A stretch of 64,000 nt of DNA from Yuukianura sp. NJ FZ-2021 (lineage: Eukaryota). The stretch lies in assembly GCA_046563655.1 (NCBI GenBank), contig CM102290.1:3100001-3164000 (forward strand). The letters run 5' to 3'. Every line of letters starts with the position of its first letter. Positions within the stretch are counted from its first letter, which is position 1. The translations under genes were made by a program, and so were the position numbers. Shown in pieces: positions 1 to 26,313 of the stretch. The notes below the pieces were generated by a model. The model was not told the origin of the DNA, ran no database searches, and saw only the letters and a list, made by a program, of their open reading frames with translations.

Positions 1-181
1 AAGAAAAATATCCCTTTTAGCCTAAGTTGAATTTTAGTTAATTTTAGAAAAAAAGTAAAAATTCCTTACTAGATTTTTGGAGTGACAGAAACCGTAATAT
101 ATTTTGGCATTCAGTATCCAGGTACTTGTGTTGTGATGGAAGTGTAATTGTAATGGTAAATATTTGTCATGCTTTGGTCCT

Positions 182-1930
182 TTAGTCCCAGTCGTCATCT
201 TCTGACAAATTCCCGGTACGGGAATCGAAGGAGTCGTCATTGACGGGGATGGGAATGCTGGAAGCCATTTTCTTCATGATGTCTCCGATTCCGGTTCCCT
301 TGTTAGTGTCATTGATCCCAGAAATACCCTGAACCGTAACATAGTCATCAAAACGTTAATCAACATGGAACAGCATCTTTAGCTGCTTGACAATACATGA
401 CAACTTACCCGACGACGCATGGCCAACGAATTCTTCAAATCCTCCAACAAATCACCTCCTGTTCCAGCAGCTTCTTTCTTTGGCCCATTAGTACTTGCTG
501 GAGTTGCGTTCTTAGCTGACTTGAGCTTGGATTTCCCGCCAGCATCTCGAATGGCTGCCATAAGAGTAGATCTCATGTCTACATTTCCCCCTGCTGGTTC
601 TTGTCGGATGACTGTCGGTGGGGCAGTAGCAATGGTGGCTTGTTCCTCTGGTCGACCAACAGTTGGGGGTGGTGGAGGAGGAGGTGGGGCAGGGAATACT
701 TGAGCCAAGGTTGGAAAAGGTTGTTTCGGTGGTGTATGTTCAGGGTTTGCATCGGAGAGTAAGAAAGCAGGCATCGGTGGAGGTGGCGGTGGGATAAATG
801 CTGGTTTGTCCTGAAGCTGTTCTGGAGGTGAGTGGGATGGTCTAACTGGTTCTGGTTCTTTCACATATTGAGATGGTATTGGCGTAGGAGTGGTTGACCT
901 TTGAGTAGCACTGACGTCCAAAGTATTGAAATGAATTGTCTCCGAAAGTCCTGAGAAAAATAATCTCGTCAAAATCAAGAAATACACAATAAAGTCATAT
1001 AGAAAACAACAGTAAATTGATAAAAACTGCAATTGATGTGTCACCTGGTAAAGACGGAAGATGCTCTGGAAGGTCAATTTGAGGAATTTGAACTGATGAA
1101 GGATAGTAATAGAAGTCGTCCAGTTCGTCACCATTGTTGCTTTGCGACGTTTCATCAGTCTTGGTCACATCTTTCCGACTCGCTTCTGCTAAAGTTTGGT
1201 TAGCAGAGCTCACTTTATGCCGAGCGCCTTTGGTACTGGTACTGGCGCTACTTCCATCCGATACAATGTAGTTTTGATATCTATAAAAACAAAACCACTA
1301 GCAAATAAATGACTTACGGATGATGAATTTTTATGTTAAGTTAATATTTACTCACGGGTTAACGTGGGTATTGAAAAGAAAATAACTGTCCAGGAATTCA
1401 AGCTCTTCCGGTGGATTTCCTAAACCAAGCTCATATTTGGTACCGAGTTGAGATAGACTGGAGGCCTTGGCATAGTTCAAGTCGCGCACTCGATAGTACT
1501 GCAGGAGTTCGTCCATGTGTTTCACCGGAGAGTCGTACAAAATACGTTTGCTTTTTATTCTGGACAAAAAGTCGTCAGCAGTATCTCGAATTTCTCGTTC
1601 GTTTCCAAGTGGCCGAAGAAGAATAATTGGAAATTGTTGCGGCTTTTCTACGGATTCTCCTTCTGGAAACTTGGCCGGAGATACGATATGAATAAGCTTC
1701 GGTGAATTTTTGAAATTGGATACTTTTGTTGCCGCAGCAGTAACTCGTGTCCTCAATGCAGCAACCTCAGTATTCTGACTTCTGATTCTTTCCTGGATTC
1801 TGCCGAATATCTCGTCTGTAATGGCACTAAGGTGATCCAACGCTGACACCATTTCAAATACGACTTCTTCACGGTGACAATTGGCCGGAACCAGCCGAAC
1901 GTTATACTTTTCGCCTCCTTTGACTTTCAT
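182..1930 (-). CDS. WASH1: WASH complex subunit 1 (Arp2/3 nucleation-promoting factor), 4 coding exons (~1930-1357, ~1280-1046, ~951-409, ~329-182)
   Basis: N-terminal WHD1/WAHD-like region (REEVVFEMVSALDHL...SPAKFP...LGLGNPP...FNTHVNP), 'IDLPEHLPSLPG' motif, poly-Pro tracts, WH2 (STLMAAIRDAGGKSKLKS), C region (DLLEDLKNSLAMRR|GISG) and acidic end EDDDWD*. GT-AG junctions keep frame. Confidence 0.93.
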
Positions 1931-2443
1931 GGTTGAAACTAACCTGGAATACGACAACAAAACGATATCAAACATTTATTTAACTTTTCATTTATCAATC
2001 ATTACGAGAACTCACCAATTAAATTAAGTTAAACTGCCGATGCTGATCATAAATACGTACAAAATACCATCTGACTGTACACGCTGGACCAAAGTGCAGA
2101 TGATTTCTTCCGGTGAGATGGTGGGACGTGGGAGCACAGCCAACAAACCGTAAATCAGCTGATCTGAGTTCACTTGAGATTGAGTGTGCACGAGGTGAGG
2201 TGTGCCAAACCAAGACTGGATTCATTTTTACATCGGCAAAACAAGTGCCAAAATCTGACGTGACAGAACGCCACTTTGACATGTTATAGCAATGAGAAAA
2301 CAAAATTTTAACGTCAACGATGATACGAGTGACCTCGTCCAAGCTCCCTATTTATTGCAATATGAAAATACATAGAAAGATTGATTCTTTTAATAATTAA
2401 ATCGTTGAAGTGTAAGATAATTAACGTTAACAGTTCAGCTTCT

Positions 2444-3973
2444 TTTACATTATAATTTGCGGTTCTGGGACGGAAGTAGAGATAGCCTTGTGCGGCAGGA
2501 CCTTCCCTCCATTGATGTAAACTTCATCGTTAATAATGACATCCTCCCCAAGTACGGTAACGTTCTCCATCCGAACCCATCTGCCTATGGTGCAGTTCCA
2601 CCCAACAATGCAACTCTCAAGCCACGAATGAGAATTAATTTTGGACCCCTTCAGAATCGTACTCCGCTTTATACAAACGCCATCTTCAATTACTACATTT
2701 GGCCCGACCGTGACATTTGGTCCAATAACGCAGTCACGCCCAATCTTGGCAGTCGGATCCTAAGAACAAACTTTTTGTTAGTGATTTCGTAAATTTTGGG
2801 TGATGTGATGAAATCTATTGGAAACTAACTACTAAAACATTGCCGACGACTCCCGGCCCTTTGGCAAGAGTTTGTGAAGCTTTGGCGTTTTGACGAACTG
2901 ACTGTAAGTACAGGCACATTCCAGTAAGAAAGTCTTTCGGCTGCCCAATGTCCATCCAGTAACCAGAAAGTTCGTAGGCAAAAAGCTGCCCATCCTGAGC
3001 CATAGCTGGAAAAATCTCTTTCTCGATGCTGGTTGGTCTAACCTGAAAATGAGTCAACATTTAAAAACAAAGTTCATTCCAGCCAATATGTGACCAGAAA
3101 AATGATTCATAGCTTGACAAGCTCTGGATTACCTCGATTCTATCTAGAACTGAAGGATTCAAAATGTAAAGACCAGCGTTAATTCTGTTCGAGACAAATT
3201 CGAGCGGTTTCTCAACGAATCGCTCCACTCTCCAGTCTCCGTCGTATACGACGACACCATATTTGGAAGGCTCCTCAACTTGCGTCACCTATTTAAAAAT
3301 TACCAAACGTAATTAGTACTTTTGATCCGATAACTCAATTCACTTTTGGTTCATTCATCATCATCACCGATCAACCTCCCACAGTCAATGACTGAATGTT
3401 ACGACTCACCACTATCGTTCCCTCGCACTGGTGCTTCCTATGAAATTCCAGCATTTCAGTGAATGGAAATTCGCAAGTGATGTCTGAATTGAGAACGAAG
3501 AACGGTTCGCTGTCCTTGCAAAGCACGTCACGAGCCAGGGCCAGTGGTCCAGCTGTACCAAGCGGCTCCACTTCATGGGAAAACAGAAGATTGATGCCAA
3601 GCTAAACAAAAATACATAGTTATTTCAAATTTAACCTGGAAGCTTCTTCAGAGTTACCGTGTCTAAATTGTCTAACCTTATCTGCATATTGAGACAACTC
3701 TTGTTCCATTTCCTGTGCCCGGTAAGATACTGCCAGTACTACATCTGTTACACCAGCTGCCACTAGTGCTTCCAGCTACAATCAACCAATAAACTAAAAA
3801 TTAGTCGTCGATTCTCAAGGTTGAATTCGAAGATTCGCAATTTTTTGAACTGTCTAACATACCTGATGCACAAGGATGGGCTTGTTTGCAAATTCAACCA
3901 ATGGTTTTGGTCTGAACAAGGTCAATGGTCTAAGACGTGTCCCATATCCGCCGACAAGAATCAAAGCTTTCAT
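2444..3973 (-). CDS. GMPPB: Mannose-1-phosphate guanylyltransferase beta (GDP-mannose pyrophosphorylase), 6 exons
   Basis: Starts [18 protein letters not shown]...[11 protein letters not shown]; contains [46 protein letters not shown] and a left-handed beta-helix C-terminus ending PQIIM*. AATAAA on the minus strand at ~2351. Confidence 0.96.
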
Positions 3974-4090
3974 TGCTCACTTCTGCAGGAACGACTTCTT
4001 TGGCTTGAACAAGTAACTGTTAACTAAACTATGACAATGAATCAGATTGGACTTGACACTGACAGTTATAACGTGACAGTATCGAAGAGC

Positions 4091-4098
4091 TATCGATA
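4091..4098. promoter_or_regulatory. DRE (TATCGATA) in the divergent GMPPB/MAPKAPK2 promoter region
   Basis: Exact DREF-type palindrome ~120 nt upstream of the GMPPB ATG. An ETS-like CACTTCCGG lies at ~4443 near the likely MK2 first exon. Confidence 0.55.
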
Positions 4099-6218
4099 AA
4101 CGTATGTTAAGCTGTCTTGTCCTAGAAGACTACTGTTTTGGAAGAACTGCTGGACTTGTCACACGTAGATCTAAAAACCTCTCCACGTCAATGCGGCCGG
4201 CAAGCAGCAGGGAAAGTGAATGGAACAAAAACAGGGTTCACCAAACACCCTCACTCACTCACCCTGCCGCCCGCTTGGGGAAAGTTTAGCAAAACAGACG
4301 CTTCAACCATCAAGGCTTTCCAAAAACATTTTTGCCATTTCAATAACACAAAGCATCCACCACAAAACAAGTTTTATAGTAAATAAATCATTAAAAATTA
4401 AACATTTGAGCAAATACGCCCGAATACTGCATTACAACACGTCACTTCCGGTCATAATCTATCCGCAGCATCAGCATCATCTGAGTCAACTTCCTCAAAT
4501 TCATGTGCAGATCCTTAATGTGCGTGTCGAACAGTGAGTGACACAAACACAACCCTTATTTCTTTGGTTTAGTGATTTGGAAAACTCAACCATTAATTAA
4601 TGTGTTTTTAACTGCCTCCGTTGCACACAGAAAGTGCTAAGCAGTCATCTACGGCGGCGTTTGCATCTTTCCTACCATATGCTGACCTCACTGTATAAGT
4701 GTTTACTTAACGTTGCCCATTTCAACATGTATTTTACGACTGACAGATTAATTTACGTTTGTCTAAAAACAAAAATGACACAATCCATTCCTCTCGGTAC
4801 ACCAATGGTAATGGTAGTATGTACATAAAAACGTTATGAAATCGATTCTTACGTATCGAACCTTACACCATGTCATTTGTGGTTTGTGGATTTTCAAAAA
4901 TTGCCATCAATAACAAAATAGAGATGCAGATTCATTAAGGGATTTCTGTATACAATTGGGACGTAAACAACGTGTTGTTGTAAGTTGGTTCATCTAATCT
5001 ATGGACTCTGGACTTGGCAATAAACAATGGACGACTTTGTTACGTAATCAATTGTTATGTTTCTTGGGATCCGAGGCTATATTGGAGGGAATTCTGCTGA
5101 AATGTAGCCTAATGCTAACCTAACCTAAGAAGCTGAATGAAAGCACGAACACCGTGGGACTCTCGTGTTATCTGAATCCCAGGAAGTGTGAAGTGGAGTA
5201 AGTGGGTGGAGGTATGAGTCAAAAGAACTTATTCAGCCAATTCTCTCAATCCTTAAATTTTTCTTCTATTTTCATAGTAGTAGTGCTCTTCCAGAACTAT
5301 GGACATCATTCGGCATTACCCACAGGAACCACCAAATTGAGTCACTCCAAAGCATCCCACGTCTTGTGACCAAATATCACAGTTCAGAGTCTAACAACAA
5401 ATAGCACAGCCACACTTAACCCATACTCAGGCAGTCCTCTAATCAGACACATAGAGGATGTCATTGAGAACAGACAGGAACCTGACTCATTTTCGCAAAT
5501 ATTCACGAATTTCCAGCTACAATCGTCGAGGTAATTGATCTCATCTATTTGCTTTCGTCATTTCAGTACGAATTACATCTATTACCACTATCGTTTTGTT
5601 TTCCAAGTAAAGGGATTAGCGGAGGACAACTAGACATTATCGCAAGTGGATTTGGTTAACTTGATTGAATATTGCGTGTGGGATATCCTCTTCAGTTTTA
5701 AGTTCAACATTCAACTAGTTTCATCATCAAGCCTCCCATCTCATCATCACCTAACCTACCACTCTACTGAACACTGTTAATCAGTACACTGAACGTGAGC
5801 TGCCACCGAAGTCGAAGTCTTTACTGGAGTGTTTGGAGATAATAGTGAACAGTAATTAGCTACACCACTTTGACTCGTCCTTGGAATTCCATCAACTCAT
5901 GCCATTAGTTCTCTTCCACATTACAAAGTCGATCATATTCACAACGTCAACGTGACCAGCGGAGTTCCTCGTGAGCATCCTACCAAATTTCGCAATTCTA
6001 AAATACACACTACTATTACATTTGATAAGGAAGCTATCTGTCAAATCTTCTTTTAACGAACATTTTGTTGTTATTAACAGAGTCGTGTTCGTGGTGTGAC
6101 CATTTGGGCTTCCTGTATTCCGAAGATCATCCGTCCTATTGTAAACCTACAACGGAAGTAACTGCCAGTCAAGATTAGGAAGTCATTTGTATATTTAGCG
6201 AAGGTTTCTGCTGGAAAC

Positions 6219-8127
<1,909 letters not shown>

Positions 8128-8403
8128 TGGTGGGATTAGGAACAATTAGCAACTGTTTTTTTAATTACTAGATTCTATATTGTTAGATAAATCGAGACAA
8201 ATCGCAAGGGTAAAGAGAAGCTGAAGATACAAAAGTTAAGCCTTCCTTTAGAAAACATAAGAATAACTAATATATGGAATGCAACAATTTCCGAATTTTA
8301 TTGTTTTAGAGTAAAACTGTTGACTTGGTCTTTCCAAAGTGGAGGTTAGTGTTAATTAAATGTGATTAATTGACATCTAAACAGTGTTGAGAGTACATAA
8401 GTA

Positions 8404-8607
8404 CAGTAGAGCCTCTCATTGCGCAACTTTTAGCTCCGCCTCTCATAATGGTAGGGTACCGTAAAACCTCAGTAGTTGGATGGGTTTCATTTGTAAACAA
8501 AAACAAAAAAAAGCGTTTCGGGTAATTGAATCCCTCAGATCTCGTATAACTTGGAGCCTCTTCAAACCCACCAATCAGGGCGTGTTGCTCAATGAGGAGT
8601 TTTACTG
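8404..8607. mobile_element. Tc1/mariner-pogo-type MITE (~204 bp)
   Basis: Imperfect TIRs CAGTAGAGCCTCTCATTGCGCAAC / GTTGCTCAATGAGGAGTTTTACTG, flanked by TA on both sides. Confidence 0.7.
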
Positions 8608-8633
8608 TATTAATATTTACGGAGGGAACTTAA

Positions 8634-9482
8634 TTATTTGGTTTCTGTAAGGCTATATTTCAATTGGAGCAGCTCCATGGACTTTTCATATAGAATTCCT
8701 GGTCGAATGATTTTAAAGTGACCAGGAATGGACAAGTCGATGACGGTGGAGCCGCAACGTTCCAAGTCATCCGACGGTAACGATGGACACGACGAAGCGC
8801 TCTTATCTAACTTGATTGTTCCACCGTCAAACACCCCTTCTAGTCTTGCCCAAAGTGACTTGAATTCTTCTGGAGAAATAGTAGAAGGGCAGGCTGAAGG
8901 ATTAGCACTAGTGAGAGCGAAGGGCCCGCCATGCTCCCGGGCCAGTTGACGAGCAAATTCATGGTTTGGAATTCGAATTCCAATTAAATCGGTATTGGGA
9001 TTAAGATGTGGGTTGAGTGCGCTTCGTCGCTGAAATACTAAAGTAACTGGTCCTGGAAGGAATTCTTGAAGTAGAGACCGTGGTACGGTCAGTTCTGCCC
9101 ATGTTTCAATTTCATCAATTTCGGCTATGCAAATGGCAATTGGTTTCTGGGAATCTCGTCCCTTGATGTCGTACAGTAGAGCAATTGCTTCGTCTCTCTG
9201 GCAGTCAACTGCTAAACCGTACAGAGTGTCTGTTGGAATGGCTATGACTCCGCCGGTTTTGAGCATGTCAGCACCAATCCTGGCGAGGGCCTTGACTTTC
9301 TCTGGCTCTGTTGGTAACTTGAAAACCCTGGTCTGAGACTCTCCGTTCCTTTCTACTGTCATGGTGGCTTGGACAAGCGGTCTCGCAAGTAGATTTGAAG
9401 TAGTGCTTACTGTAGAAAAAGATTTACCGGCAACAGAGACGGAACGGAATCGATATAGGAGTTGGACTGCAATTTTCATCAT
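8634..9482 (-). CDS. YRDC: Threonylcarbamoyl-AMP synthase YrdC/Sua5 (t6A37 tRNA modification), single coding exon, 282 aa
   Basis: VIAIPTDTLYGL, IKGRDSQKPIAI, LPGPVTLV, IGIRIP, ALTSANPS, GSTVIDLS, IIRPG. First in-frame ATG at 9482, just after an acceptor at 9499. Confidence 0.95.
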   Translation of the reverse strand: MMKIAVQLLYRFRSVSVAGKSFSTVSTTSNLLARPLVQATMTVERNGESQTRVFKLPTEPEKVKALARIGADMLKTGGVIAIPTDTLYGLAVDCQRDEAIALLYDIKGRDSQKPIAICIAEIDEIETWAELTVPRSLLQEFLPGPVTLVFQRRSALNPHLNPNTDLIGIRIPNHEFARQLAREHGGPFALTSANPSACPSTISPEEFKSLWARLEGVFDGGTIKLDKSASSCPSLPSDDLERCGSTVIDLSIPGHFKIIRPGILYEKSMELLQLKYSLTETK

Positions 9483-9622
9483 CAGTAGCAAAACATCCCT
9501 GTGTGTCAAAGCAAAAAAGAAATCAGAATATCACTCAACGTTAAAGCCGAATTGCTCATACCTTGCTACTTTTCGTATAACCTATAGCACCAACCGAGAT
9601 GAAAACGGGTCGCTCTTAATGA

Positions 9623-10037
9623 CTATTCTCTCCAGTTATGTCGGCAGTCCTCGTTAGTACATTCGTAGAAATTGGTCATGGGTTCATCAGCTGAACGGGT
9701 TTGCATTTGCCTAAAGTACGCTTCCGTGTGACTACAAACAGGGCAAATGACTTCTGTTCGTTCCCGACGTTCGTTCTCCTTCTTGAGGTCAATTACTTTA
9801 TTTCCAGCGTCCTCCGTGTCTCTCTAAAAAGTTAAACATAAAAATTAGTATACTAAAATCTAACGTTTGGAAAATTTATACTCTTACCTTAATCACTGTT
9901 CTGTTGACGATTTTAGACGAAATATTAACGTAGTACGGACAGCGTGGACAATCCAGTCGGTAGCAAATATTTAATTCACTATTATTAAGTGTGAGTAGAT
10001 CGTGGCATATGGGACAAAATACGTATTTCCCATGCAT
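9623..10037 (-). CDS. POLR3K: RNA polymerase III subunit RPC11 (TFIIS-like), 116 aa, exons 10037-9888 and 9823-9623; absent from the ORF track
   Basis: Manual translation: MHGKYVFCPICHDLL...RLDCPRCPYYVNISSKIVNRTVIK|RDTEDAG...VICPVCSHTEAYFRQMQTRSADEPMTNFYECTNEDCRHNWRE*. Two Zn ribbons, the QTRSADEPMT acidic hairpin and the WRE end are characteristic of RPC11. Confidence 0.9.
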
Positions 10038-10192
10038 TTGTCCTTCAGACAGAATACTCTCAAGAAGATGACACTAAATCAATTAAAAATTCAATTGACT
10101 CAGCAATTTTAAGAAATTACGTCAGTAAACAGTTATGTTTTTTGTTTGGTTTTTGCGTGGTGACATAAGCATGGTCAGCTGAAAGTTAAATT

Positions 10193-10200
10193 TTTGGCGC
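10193..10200. promoter_or_regulatory. E2F-type site TTTGGCGC (with nearby CAGCTG) in the divergent POLR3K/SRPK promoter region
   Basis: Exact match ~160 nt upstream of the POLR3K ATG. Confidence 0.35.
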
Positions 10201-11048
10201 TCTTTTTCTCTGTCATTAAGAAAACCAAAGGGCCCTTCGATACCGTTACAAAAAAAAACAGTCTGTGCCCCTTGGCCTCACGCTGACCCTACAGTGATTG
10301 GTATTGAATTTCAATTAATTGACTGAATCTTAATCAGGACAAGGTGTTAACGTTAATTAATTAATAATTAATTTTTATTACACAATAATTTATTCCTGGA
10401 AAGCGTCAATGACTCTTCTGCTCCTATCTCCGTTTCGACTCCTTCCGTTCACGGGTTTACCGTAGTTGTTCCATACAAAGTAGTTGGTAGAGCGCTTAAC
10501 AAAATAAAATTAACATTTCCATTTTTCAATAAATTAAAGCGCGTGATGAAAAATTTGTGTTAAAATCTATGAAATAAATATGTGATTGTTAATTAATTAA
10601 ACGAAAAGAATTCGGTAGTGATTAGTGAATATAGGAATGACGTTTCGGAGAAGCCCGTGGGTATGTGGGTAATTAATTATTGGTGCGTTTACGGTGCCGT
10701 TTGGTACAGACGCACGCAGATACGGGCAAAAGTTCTTTTTATTGTCATCTCTGTATATAGCAAGGAGCAGCGGAGTAAGCGCCAAGAGCAAGACTAAAAT
10801 CAAACTCAAATTAATTTTTAACTCCACTTTTAGTAACATTCAGTTAAATTCAGTGACTGTGTGACTAGTACCACTAATTGAGTAATCCAGCCTTTCCTGA
10901 TTACTAATTAACTCTAGGAAGACTAACAAAATGGCTACCTAACTCTCCAATAAGTGTAAGACCTAATTCGTTGACACGGTTCAACCCACCTCTCGAACAA
11001 CACCTCTTGTAAAAGTGGGAGAGCCAGCTCGACTGAAAAAACACAGAA

Positions 11049-15324
<4,276 letters not shown>

Positions 15325-15740
15325 CCAACCGTAACCAATAATCACAAACAATAGAAAACTTCAGAGGTGACGATGGTCAGTCGAGGAACTCAAATAATTG
15401 TCGACTGGCTGAAGAGAGCATTAAAATACGAATTGAAATACTAGAGATTGACTGAAGAATCCAGCGAATTTGGGAAACAAGGGACTTTTTAGGTCGGCCC
15501 TTGCCTTCAATCTACATGCAAGTTCGTATCCAACTATTTTGTAGTCCCTTTCTACTACGAACCCTGTTGATAGGGACGAATCGTCATAATTTCAGCGTTT
15601 GAAACTACCGCCTAAGTTCTAGAAATAGTTGCATTAGGATAAGTACGTTTTTAGAGTTAAGTCTTGTAATTTAAACTCTCGGCCGAGTGAGTGGTGTAGG
15701 GTCAGCATAAGGCTAGTGAGAGGTCATTCTAGTCGCCGGG

Positions 15741-15753
15741 AGGTCAGTGACCT
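15741..15753. promoter_or_regulatory. Perfect IR1 nuclear-receptor element (EcRE-type AGGTCA-G-TGACCT)
   Basis: Exact palindrome with further half-sites at 15699 and 15721. Function is inferred only. Confidence 0.45.
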
Positions 15754-17069
15754 TGTCTTTTAGATCCGAGCCATATCCACTAAAACCGAGATGGTAAAAA
15801 TGAGGGATGGAAGTATTTAGGAAAGTATTCTTATCAAATGCTAAAGGAATAAGCTTCGGCCCTTACAAAATACCTCCCTTTTAGCAAATTATAATCATCT
15901 TTTAAGTTAGTTCTGACACTAATTTATAGGATCCTCTCTGCAATAAACTTCTGTAACATCACAACTTCCCATTTCACCTTTCTTGGCCTTACATTTTTCT
16001 TTTTTGAACATTTCTTCAAAAACTTTCATCAGTTACTGTCGAATTTTGTTGTAAATTTTCGAATTTGCTTAATTTCAATTTGGATTGAATTTAATTGATT
16101 TTTGTTTATCCAAGAGATGCAAGTTAGGTTTTTCTCATTAAAAAAAATCGAATCGTAAGATTTTGGAAATTTACGAAATGTAAAATTTCTTCGTAGTTGA
16201 AAAATGTTCGAAACAAGACAGGAAAAATGGTTTCCAAAATGAGCTTTCTTTTTTTCTCCTCCGCTGCCTTTAACATTGTTTGAGTTTGGTATGTGAAGAA
16301 AGTTAGCTTTCACCGTATGCCTTTTACTAAAAAGCTCTACTGCGCCTGCGTCGGCGTGCCATAATGGCTGGTACTTTTTGCTGGAAGAGTGGTTCTTAAA
16401 AAGTTTTGTAACTTGGGTGAAAGTGGCTGGGAATGGCTCAATCCTTTCTCCCACTCTGCTTTCCCTTCCATTTCATTTGAATTATGCCTTCTCCCTCCAA
16501 GTCACTTTCACCCGCTTTCCAGACATTCCCAGAAAAGACATGGATTCATGGATCCAATTATCTCGACTCACTGAGCTCCCCTCCCCTGAATTATGCTCAA
16601 TCATCCCCACCCCCGAGCCACCCACCGGCCAACCACCACCCCCGCACCCACCATTTCCAACTCCACGCTCATGTAACTCTTGCTTCTTTTTTGCTCAAAT
16701 CTTTGCCTGTACTAGTAGGATCGTTCACCTTTTGAGATTCTGAAGATGTCCGGAGATACTGCAATGGTAAGCAGCTTGGAAGAAGTGCAGAGAATCAATT
16801 GAATCGGTCCGAGGTCGTAATTAGGAGTGAATGGAACAATTAACACCATCTCAACCCATACAACTCACCACCTCGAAACAGCATACCACTTTACTACTGT
16901 CTCAGCGTGACTCCGCCTCCGAGAGACTACCCTCCGCCTCCGCCAAAGAAAGCTCCGCCCCCTTCGTTCCGCTCTCCCGCTCTCCCTTGACTTCAAACCG
17001 TGAGCCCTTGGCATGGAACTTACTAGGTTGAAAGTTGGACAGTCACTGTCCAACTTCTAAGGGCAGAAC

Positions 17070-26313
<9,244 letters not shown>

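Noticed and set aside
5278..6218. Hidden coding gene upstream of MAPKAPK2
   Set aside because: Only short ORFs (13-26 codons) with no recognisable motif; best read as spliced 5' UTR.
9483..9625. Stop-codon readthrough fusion of RPC11 to YRDC
   Set aside because: A second in-frame TAG occurs 19 codons after the RPC11 stop, before the spacer intron donor.
10430..10500. tRNA-like boxes (GTTTCGACTCC and GTAGTTGGTAGAGCG)
   Set aside because: The B-box-like motif precedes the A-box-like one and no cloverleaf can be drawn.
10650..10730. Possible structured ncRNA (GCCCGT...ACGGGC enclosing GTGCGT...ACGCAC)
   Set aside because: Stems are short, there are no recognisable family motifs, and it lies in a promoter region; chance pairing cannot be excluded.
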